A stretch of 64,000 bases of DNA from Trichoplax adhaerens (Eukaryota; Animalia; Placozoa), in NCBI RefSeq assembly GCF_000150275.1, contig NW_002060944.1, positions 1,474,911 to 1,538,910 of the forward strand, in the 5' to 3' direction. A program made the position numbers and the translations under genes. Below the pieces are notes generated by a model. The model did not search any database and was not told the DNA's origin. It was given only the letters and a program-made list of their open reading frames with translations. Position 1 is the first letter of the stretch. Each line of letters begins with the position of its first letter. Below, in pieces: positions 38,778 to 50,700 of this stretch.

Positions 38778-41700
38778 TTAAACTGCTGTACATTTTGATA
38801 TGTTAGTAAGATCATCTGAATTGAATGAAAAATTAGACAACATTAGATTTCTGTTTAGTTCAAGTTCATCATAGTCATCATTTCTGATACCGTTGTAATC
38901 ATTTTTATAATAATCAGACTGATGGCCTGAATGATTTAAGGTACTATTATGATTATTAGAAAAATGGCGTTGATGGTGAAGGTTATTGGTACCTCTTGAA
39001 CTAGCGTTATTACCAGTAGAGTTTGTATGATTATTACTATAATCTTGACTAAGATTCGAGGCACCGTTACAATTATTTAAAGAATTATTAGAAGATTTCG
39101 ATAAAACTTTGTTGTAATTACGTTGTACTGAAGACCAGAATGCATTGGATGGCAATCTTTTATATTCAGTTGCTCCGTTTAAATCGGATGCATATTGTTT
39201 ATCTAAACCATCAGTACTACCGTAGGGGCTATCAGATATGGAAATTGTGACATCAGGTATATCAACTGGTAATAAATCTTGTAAATTATTAAACTGAATC
39301 GCATCATTTAAATCTAAATCATCATCAGTTGATCCGCAACTTGATCCAGACTTTTGTAAACGCAATCCAAGTGAACCAGTGCAGGAATCATTGGAATCTT
39401 CATGCTGTAATTTTAACTTAAATTGATGTTGATTACGAGTAGGTGAATAAGAGCCACCATTAATATTATTGCTATTATTAGCCGAACCAGAATGGTAACG
39501 ATCGTGAATTGTTGTCGGTGAATTATTAGCACTATTATAAGTTGATTGAACAATGGATATTTTTTGGGGCGATTTAGGTGTGCCAATTGGCGTCGTACGA
39601 ATCATGCGATGTAAAGGACGGCCAGGTTCAAAAGTTAATGGAGATGGCTGAAGATTGGAACCTGAAGTATTATAAATATTAAAACGTGATCCTTGCCGAC
39701 GATTTGAAAGTAGTGGGTCTAGTGTCTGGTTTCGTTCGTCTGCTAAATCAAATGAAATCATTTTGCTTAAGTATACTTTATGTTGCAATCAAGTCACATT
39801 TTTAGTCTATTTTTAAATAGTAGTAAATTTAGTACGCATTAAAACTAAATTTTATCTGAAGTTTCAGTTAATCCCTATTATCTCCTTATCTAAATTTAAT
39901 TTAGACGTTTACAACTTGTTAAGTTTTTTAAACATTGCTTCGAAATAATTATCGTAAATTTTTATAAATGATAAGTCAACATCGACATTTATAAATATTT
40001 CTATATAGTCTTTCAGTTGTTATACTACAGTAAATTCTATATTGGACGTATTATATCGTAAAATTTATGAAATATTCAACACTCCTCTACATGTTTATTA
40101 GAGCTATATTTCTGATTGTTGCTTATATGAATTTTAACTATTAATAACAGTACAAAATTCAGCTCTGACCACATAAGACTTTGTAATTATTAGAATATTT
40201 CATATTATTCTGCTTCACTAACACTAGAGCTAATTTACAGCAATAAATAGCATTGATTTATTTATATTGAATACAAGTATACATTTTTCGTTTCATTTGC
40301 AACATCTAAATTAAATTCAGGTGCAATGAATTCGTAACTCTGCATCTGCACATCCAGTAGGTATCGTATCGTAGCAACTTAAATCACTTTGATTGGTAAT
40401 CCAATATTTTCTAATACTAGTTTACAATATAGTCATTGCGATTTAATTTCTTTAGTTTCTGTGATTAAGTGATACATCGATAGTAAATTGATCTCATACC
40501 TTCATCATCGTAAAAAACTCATAATAAGTATCTCATATTCATTAATGTGGATCATTTCTATGTATTATTAGCATTATTAGCACCTATAGAAAATACTAAT
40601 TGTTAGAATCGATTTTCTTACTATTATTGCGGTATTCAGACTGCAAATAGCCTTCATCGTCTTCATGATGAACTTCTGCTATGCAGAAATCAGTTTCTTT
40701 ACTAGACCGATTTGCAAGATAGAGGTTTATGTCCTGCACTTTCCCCGCATTATCCTACCGGTAATAATGTAAGATGAAATTTCCAGTTTTCAAAATTTAC
40801 ACTAGCTATTTTTATTCCTCAAACCCAAAAAGTATTTAAAAATTATAAACAATAATAACTACGATAAAACTATTTTAAAATAAAGCAATTTACATCAATG
40901 CTCTCGAATATAAGGCCTGGCAAAGATCTTGATCTGTTATTTTCTCCTGATACACTGCTGTCCGAGGGTTTAGCGGAAACTGCATGTTTCGATTTCTAAT
41001 GAAATACAATTACTAGTTGAGCTAGATTATCAACAAGGCACGCAATCAAGCCTTTAGTAAGCGTAATTTCTGGAATAAGTACCAACAACATTTGCAATAT
41101 TTAAAAAAATATTCGAATGAGCTACATATTACCATTTTATCTCTCTTTCGACTTCGGCGTAAACTAGGTCGAGGAATTTTAAATGAATGGCTATGAAAAT
41201 GTTTTGATCTCCTATATCGCATAATTTAGAATGTACTATTTTTTAAATCTCTGAACATACGTATCTTGTTGAGATAACACTTGGAGCTTATTTAGAGTAT
41301 CTTATATTAAATTTGTACTAAATAAAACCTGCGCTGTAATGACTTAAAAATTATTAGATCAACCCATATAATAATGCTGTCTCGCTTTTCGTTCTTATTA
41401 ATGTAATGGCAAGGCAAAAAAAATTGTAATAGTATTTTCTCTTACAGCTGCTTGGTAGGATATTCCGTCGGAATTTCCAAGTCTTTATGAGCCCCAGTTC
41501 GAATTGGTGTTCGGACAACATCGATAAAGCGATGAAAAAGAGATTTGGTTCTCTAAAATGATCATACCAAAAATGAAATGTTATAATCTTTTGTTGACGA
41601 AATATAACGAAATGATCAATAATTATCCAACTTACCATTCTAACTTGTTCATCCTCTTCTCTTAATTGCTGTTTCTTGTATCTTTTGTAATACTCATAAA

Positions 41701-44700
41701 TGATTAAAGCAGCATAAATTTTACCAATAGTAAGATGCCTTGCTCCTATATCGATAATTCAAAATGTGCTTATTTAGCAACTAAAAAATTGAATGGCGCT
41801 TATATGTTATTATATGTTATTATAGTTTGCAAGTTAATTTAAATACAACTACTATCTCGGCAATTATCCCATCTCTCGATTTTAATGACATTATCAAAAT
41901 CTCATATTTACATTTAATGCTAATTTTTCTATTGCACATTAAAATCATTTAACACTATCAAATTATTCGATAAAAACTATAATACAATCAGCTTAATTAA
42001 TAACCCAAGAACAAAAAGATCATCGCCTATTAGATCCCATAATTTAAAAATATCGAAACTGGCGGAGCAACATTAGTTATGCATAATAAAATTAAAATAT
42101 CTTTTATAGAAATTTTGTCCATTCATTAATGATCATAGCTTCAATCACAGATAAAGCATATCGAGCTCACTTTTTAATACATTTTACTATTGTTATTTAA
42201 AGCTTCGTATAATCAGTGGAAATATGCTCTTCTCAACTTCTATTCGCACAATATTTAAAAAATTGAAATCTCTATATAACTTAAGCAGATATTGTTTGCT
42301 AGATATTCTCTACTCTACTTAACAAACAGAATGACAACGAACATAAAGAATTATTAATCCGGTATTTATAATTTACCCCAAATATTACAAAAGAATTACC
42401 CAGATTTAGAAAAAAGTATAAAATATCAAACACCTATTCAATCCCCATCACATTCTTCTATAAGTTATATCCAAAAATATTGAAAGCTTAATATAGAACC
42501 AAAGCACTTTTAATAAACGATGATGCATAAATGATAATTAGCGAGCAGGCAGGAAATTTTAATTCCAAACCCTGTTATAGGTTAGCTAAGTGAATCGAGA
42601 TGAATTACAGTAGTATATCATACAGTGCATTAACCAATATAAACAAAGAGGCGTAAGAGAATGAGGAAGAGCATAGTTTGAAGCTTTTTGTCAATGTTAC
42701 ATATAACTATTCACTAACGATCCAATTAATAATTTAGACCAACCATGTTCAACTTGTGGCAATATACGCTCTAGTGTTCTACTGGTAACTTGCGGCCATA
42801 TTTTTCTAATAATCTGACACAACTCAGCATCAGCTTCATGTTGATCTGAATAGAATAAGATTTCACGTGGATTTAAAGGCAGACCAACATCATTGTTATC
42901 CTATCAATTACTTAAATTCTGCTTTCACATTAAATTAATTATTAAAAAGCAAGCTTTTAAATTACATCGTATTTAAAAACTACTATTGAAATAAGATCGA
43001 AACGAAATTAATCGGAGCCTAAATAAGCTATGGCATTCAGTTTAAGTTAAAACATCTTACCAACCTTATATAGGCTACAAAGAATTTAATAATGTAGATA
43101 ATAATTGTAACGGGGTCAGTAAGCCAATTTAAACAAAAATTTAATATACTATAGCACTTACTATTATTTCTCTTATAACATAAAATAAAGCTGACGATCA
43201 TACTAAAATCTACCATTCCAAATTAATATTGATGAAGTACTGGCGGTAGTAAGAAAGAAAATCGCCGAAAAATGGAATTGAATATGTTATAAACTGAAAC
43301 ACTGTCTTTAATTAAAATTAAATTTTTTTAGAAATTAGTAATTTACCTTCTCGAACTTTAATTTTTAATGAAGTTCTTATTAAAGCAAAAAGTGTAGCCT
43401 TAAAGCGAATGGTATTATCGCCATTAATAGGAATTCCTAGTTTCATTAATCTCTATGATTGATTAACAGAAATGGACGTAAGAAATTGTTTAAGCATTCA
43501 TTTACGGAATCCATAGCTACAGAGATATGTAAATCTATAATTCATAACTTACTAATTTGCTACTTAACTTAAGGTACAAAGAACTAAGATTTTACTAAAT
43601 GAAGCATCATATATTAAGAAATGTACATATTGTATATTAAATTTTAAATCTAGAATTTTTAGAAGATCAGAATTAATAATTGAGTGATGATAACAGTGGC
43701 AAAAGTCACCGTATAACAAATCCTGAAATTTATATTTATCTAAAATTAATTATATACAAGTATTTATGATTTATTTATATGACGTATTAGAAATCAACAA
43801 AATTTCTTATCTGCTTAAGTTAAGATCAACTAAAAATACGATCTAAAGCAAGTTCTCTGCTAAAATACGTTACTGCGCCATTTGTAATAACTGCAATAAT
43901 ATACTGAACGTGAATCATAACATTGGGTGTAGCCTTGACGAATCGCTATATATCATAATTACCCGATATGCTGTACGCATTGGGCAACTACTTCCAAAGC
44001 CAAGAGGAGGTGGAATACGACATAACATGGTACACAGCTCTTGATGTTTGATTCTACCGCTAAAGTGTTAAATTTAAATTATGAGTTTAACGTAATAAAT
44101 GTGAAGTAGATCATAATCTCAATGCAAATTTGTATTAAACATGACTGAGTTACCTTGCTTCAGGATCAAACTCCGCCCAGGTATGTAAGAAATGATCCAA
44201 ATGATATGGACCAAGTATAGACTTATCGCGTGTTAAATACTTAAAATTATCCATGATTACAGCCACAAATAAATTCAACATCTGCAAAATTTTCAGAAAT
44301 AACGAAAATATCGTTGTAGCAATGTATTGTTTTCAAATTAAATTATATACTTAGTCGAAATATATGAAACTATAATATTGTGTATCTGTTATGTTACATG
44401 TATTGCAGAATTTTTATCTCTATACGGATAATAATGAATTGAAGTGAGCTAATTACCAAAAAAGTAGACAAAAAGACGAATATAACAAAGTATGGATATG
44501 CAACATAAGATCCACAGTCGGGAAATTTTGTGGAACATTTTGCTCGACCAGGTAAACAGGCTAGCATAACTTCAGGCCAGTTTTCACCAGTAGAACATCT
44601 ATCCGCAAGAAATTTATAATATACAGAAGTTAAGAATGATATTAACATATCCACTACTCTTTTCGTATATATTTTAGACAGTAGTCATACTGCTTACAAT

Positions 44701-47700
44701 ATTCAACATATACATTTCTATTCCAATATAACGTGAACTATTGAGATAACACTTTAATAAATATGTCTTTTTATATTAAGCGTATGTATGTATTTTTTTA
44801 AAGGAAATCACGGTAAAATAAGGGTGTCCGAATTGCAAGAGTAACAACAAGGATAAATAATACTACTTCGTTGCAATTATTTGCAAATACCGTATAACGG
44901 TATTTTTTAATTGCGCATATAACCAGCACTGCTAATCGGTAAGGTACGCTAAATATTTAAACACTAAAGAGTTGATAGTTCTTACAGTGATTATATCTAA
45001 AATCAGAAAACTAAATTGTAGTTTTAGAAGTGTTTCACATAAATCGATACCGTAATTTAGCAACTGCACTATGTTATATCTCTATAGAGTGATGCAATCA
45101 TACTTGATGTAAACCTTCAATATGTATGGAACGAGCATTCGAAACATTAGCATCCTATAAGAACTCTACTTGGCATGAATGGATCATTTCTTGAACTACT
45201 GAAATGTAGATGTTAACTAAGCAAGCTCTTATATAGCTCTCTTTACCTTACAATAAATACAGCCCTTTGTTTATAATTACATCTAGTACGGTTGAAATTA
45301 GAGCTAAAACTTGCTATATCTGCGAAGTTTTGATTTCCAATGCAGCTACTGAGAAAGGATGCTTAACAAGCTACATCTCTATCTTAATTGTAACTCTAAA
45401 CTACGGCTATTAGTTAAGTAGTACATCTAATCTGTAGATAATTTTACTGCTATTCAAATATTAAAATCATTCATATATTGAACTTAATATCGAAAGTTTA
45501 ACTATAAGCATACCTAACGAGAACGATTAGCGCTCCGGTAAAAGTTTGAAAATTGTTGTAGCGAAAAATGGCTGTAGTAGGATCGGATTGAATTTGTCCA
45601 AATAACTTTAAAATAAAATATAATCTATTATTTTAAACTAATAGATATTGATAATTCCTAAAACTTTACAGAAATACATATTATACTAACGTCTAGTACA
45701 TGTGTATTTAGCTGTTACTATGTAGTTGACTAAATTTTTTATTACAATACCTGCATTCCAAGCACTGCACTTATAAAAAACAACATGCCAATCAAAAGTC
45801 CAACGTAAGGCAATGCCTAAGTTAACAAAGGGTATTTATAGTAAGAGATATTAAAACAAATTATGAGGCGCCTAGAAGATTGTAGATGATTCTATCCGAA
45901 TATATCTTACCTGAAAGGACTTTAGAAACGTCCATAATAAAACACGTATAGTATAACCCTTACGTAATAATTTTATCAAACGGCCGGCTCGAAATAATCG
46001 AAAGAAGCTAATACTTACAGTACTTGTCTATAAATATCAAGATATTACATATTTCAAGAGGAAAAATGATAATAGAAAGTAGCTACCTTCATGAGCATTA
46101 AAAATTCTGCATGATAAAATTGCAAAACTCTAAAAATTTGAAAGTTTAAAACATCTACGTAGTAAACATCCTTAATAAGAGTAATTAATACATACACCAT
46201 TAATACTGGCATAAGTAATGATAATATCTGTCCAGCTACCAATAACGACTATTAAATCAAATATATTCCACCATTCCTTTATGAAATTCTAAAAAAGGTG
46301 TCGAAAAATGCACAGAGATGTTAAAGCAAGCAATAAAGGAATCTCATGGAAACTGAGCAAATATATGCATAAATAAAACTATTTTCGTTTCTTTTAGCAG
46401 ATTAAGTACCGTACGCACATATTCATCGTTAAATATATATATTTTATGACCATAGCGTAATTTATCTAGTATCATAAGAACTTCACCAGAATATCGATAA
46501 TCTAATTTATAATCAATGTGCCATCAGAAAATGAGCATGAATATTAGCTAGATCGATCACTAAAGAAGATACTACTGTAAATTTACTATTGACTTTTCAA
46601 AATTTCAATAATACATCACAACTTTTATAGAAAATGCAAATGCAATCAATAACCTGCTTTAAATTTACAGAATTTTTTAAATTAACAAATTTAGTGACGG
46701 CTACCGGGAAGCTCAGTTCATATCAAAATCATTAAAGCCATAAAATATGTAGATTTGCTCACGACAGCACCTTTATGACACTATTCATAAGTTAAAACTG
46801 CAATCAAAAGTTGTCATGCAGTGTTTATACTTTGCTCATACTTACCCTTGGTGAGAAAGCAATAACTTTCAATAACATTTCAACAGTGAACAGGATTGTA
46901 ACCGTAATGTTAATTATTTGAAGCATATCTTTGTAGTCTTTGCTTTGGCCATTATACTAATAATTGGCAATAATTTTATTCAATGAGAATCAGAAATTCC
47001 AATCAAAAATAAAATGTATAGTTTAAATTCGTAGGGAAAAGCCTAAGTGAGACATACCTCCATCATTAATACTATAGTATTTACAATAATCAAGACCATA
47101 ATTATAAATTCAAATGGCGTTGATGTTACTATTCGCCAAACTTTATAAGCGTAAGATTTTTTATCTTTAGGCATGTGGCGATGGATTGGCTTAGCATTTA
47201 AAGCAAATTCGATGCAATCACGCTAAAATTGTATCATTTCAGTAATTATTACAGGTACTAGCAGTCAGTCAATTAAAGTTAGGTTATAAAATTAAAGGAT
47301 GCATTAGGCCTAAATTTATTTGCTGCATCTATGCCGCTAAACGTATGGTTAACAATTAATTAACTAAAGAATAACAAGCAATACATAATACCTATGAATA
47401 TAATAACGTACCTGATTTCGATTTAGCTGATAGTTAGCGATGTCTTTATCACCTTCTTCTTGAAAGGTTACGATTATTAAGGCCACAAAGATGTTTATGA
47501 AGAAAAAGGGGAATACAACGATATAAATACAGAAATATAATGCAACTGCCAAATTATAATCTCGCATTGGTCCTTCATTTTCATTAGTTGCATCAATAGA
47601 CCAATATAATATCCTGAAAATAACGTAAGATATAATATTCAACAATATATATATATATTAAATCATTTAACTCTTATTTTCTTAATATCAAGATATTATT

Positions 47701-50700
47701 ATCTGCAACCATCAATCTCTTAAAACTATATCAATCTTGGATTATATTATAAGCGAGAAAAAGTTGTAATATATCTGTTATTTATTGTAATTACTAATAT
47801 TTGCATTAGTCAATGCAGTATATCGTATTGTTGCACTTGCCTTGGCCAACCTTCCGCTGTTGACATGGTGAAAAGTGTTAACATAGCGCGTGGTAAATCA
47901 TCAAAATTATAAGGATGTTGTTCCCATCGACGTTCTAGAACCTGATGAAGGACGCTTTTATTACATTATCTACATAATTCGAAAATCGTCCTGCATTCGA
48001 ACTAAGTTGCGTAGCAAATTTTGTATCGCTTATGCAATAACTTACTTCTACGTTATAAACGTGGCCGTCAGTATAATGATAATAATTTCCCCTGAAATAA
48101 GAAAAATTGAATACCGACACATATCTGCTCAGTATACTGTCTATATCCGCCTTTTTAATACACAACTATACGGTAACAATTAGCTTTTTTTAAACTAAAC
48201 TGTGATAACTATAAAATTCCCACTGCAGATTATCTATAGTTATAAAGTACAGCAAACTGTTAATTAAATCACTTCTATCTGCGCAAGTAGTAAACAAAAA
48301 ATCAGTCATCGTATTTGTATCTTACATATCGATCATCGGTATTACACACTTATGATCAAATAGCTACTCTCGTATCTATATAAATCACTATTTTGTTATT
48401 GGCTAGATCACAAGATTAATTGTTTTTTTAAATAGTTGCAGAGGTAAGATATTTACCTGCATTGACTTTTAGTATGTTTCGTTTGATCCGTGCAGTAGTG
48501 AAATTTACCCTAAAATGTTTCAAATTTAAATTCAGCGTTGCATTGATATAGCAGCTACCTAGCTATGAAACTATCCATATCCAATAAGAGTATTATCAAA
48601 GTACTAATTTAAAGCTATACAAATGATTTAAACCACATTAAGTAGTTAACAAGTAAAAATTTCAATAGTACGGTACCTTAAATAACTGAACGCCAATCAC
48701 GGCGAACATGAATAGGAATAGCAACATCACAATACAAACATTGAGAACGTTCTTCAGGGAATTGACCATACATTGAAAGCAGGCCTGTAAAAGATTGAAT
48801 TATTAACATTGTTAATGAGTATATTAGGGCTGTCCAAAGAAAAGGTAATTAAATAATTGCATTTATTGGTATTAATTATTAGAAATGACTGCGATATTGG
48901 TATAGAAATAGAATCTTAGATAACTTTGTGATGCAAAATATCAGCTAAGCAATCATTATGAAACTGCAATTGACCATTAATAATGCATATTAAACATTAT
49001 CGCCTCACCAGTAGCTTCTTGGCAGTTCTAATCGCTTTAAGCGGCCGTAGTACCCTCAAAGTTCGAATTGCTTTAATAGCTGATATATTTCGATTAGACT
49101 GATTCTCCACCCTTTTAGAATTCATTAAAGGATTGCATTAATCTCATAATGCACGTTTGTAATATTAATCCTGCAGAAAATAAATCTCCTGATACTTATT
49201 GAATAAGAAAAATTCGTACCCGATTTCAAAGTAAATGAACGATGTTACTGCAGTAACAACAACGATCATATCTAAAATATTCCACAAATTTCTGCAGTAC
49301 GACCCACGATGAAGAATAAATCCAAAATCGACGACCTAAAAGTAATTTGATTCCAACATAAATCCAACTGTAATAGTAATTAATAAAGACAAGCAACATT
49401 TGCAAGTACTCAATGTATAAATGGAACTCTTATTCTCATAATATTTATACAAATATTCAAATAAGATATTTATAAGATGCAGCCTTGTATATAAATATCT
49501 AGGATCCCTGAATTAAACAACAATCGAAATAGTGATTGCAAATGTTGATAAAGTTTTAGTAAAATTCTATCCTAAAATTTGATCTTAAATGATGGATCGA
49601 CTTATGGACAATGATAAATTAAATTCTTATATAGGATGAGAAATAGTATTTTCTATTACGATAACGAAAAAGTAGGGCGTATTATCAATATCCCATTTAT
49701 GCGATTTTAATGTAGAACTAAGCTTATTTATGGAAACGAAATTTAGTAGTAAGATTGATTCGTGGTTCTCAGATCTCACGGAACTTTACCTTAAAAGATA
49801 TAATTATAATTTTGACTCTATATTACAAGTTGCCATTAAGTGCTTCCATTTAGATTATAAGCTGCAGATAATGTACATGTAGATCAGAATTACCTTCAAA
49901 ATTAATTCAATTAAAAATATCCCGGTAAATATTGAATCAAATATTCTTAAAACCTATAATTTTATCATAGAGTCACAAAATGATGTGTAAGTAGAGGCGA
50001 ATTTAATACTGGAATTAGATAAGAAAAATTTGACGCATCATTAGCCAGCGGCCTCAAAATTAAATTAATACTATTTAAAACAATTTTTACATAATTTAGG
50101 ACGGGATCTTCATTCATAGGATCCTCAACAGCCAGTAGCCCACTGCTTATAATAATTGCTGCGATCATAAAATTTTCAAAGTGCCTTAAATGGACAATAT
50201 AATGACAAAACCTTCTGAACCTAAAAGAAATTGAAAAAGAAGTAAAATATTAAAATAGGGTCAGATATTTTAGGGTGGTATAACGATTACTTTAATAAAA
50301 ATCTCATTTCTAACTTAGTTTAATCTAGATTTTGCTGGTAAATAATGATATTGTAAACAAAATATTGATTTTGAGACGTAAAATTATTAAGTTGATAAGT
50401 AGTTATAATTATTATTATTACTCAGTAGTTGAGTAACTGTACAGCGTACTGAATAGTAGAAGAGAAATAAAAACTACCATTCTTAGCTCATTTTACGGTA
50501 AAAAGACAACCATACTGATGATTTAAAAGAATTTTTGATAGACACCGTTTAAGCATAATTTTTAATTCGTAATTATTGGTAGATAGAGTTGACACTGCGT
50601 ATAGCTATTGTTGCCGTTGTAGTATTTTAATAAACACTGACCTATTTTGAGGCGAAAATATGAATAGCGAATTAACTTGCAAGATTGGTACATTTTGTGC

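Noticed and set aside
39743-39788. N-terminal part of the 336-aa ORF as an independent gene start
   Set aside because: It is intron sequence. The acceptor at 39743-39744 joins phase 1 to Cav2 exon 40622-40754.
40499-40583. AG...GT-bounded segment that could be an alternative short Cav2 terminal exon
   Set aside because: All frames stop, the upstream intron would be only about 38 nt, and the flanking exons already join in frame.
41637-41745. Assignment of the channel to Cav1 (L-type), Cav3 or Nav
   Set aside because: The EEEE filter and AID exclude Cav3 and Nav; the IQ region [13 protein letters not shown] is Cav2-type.
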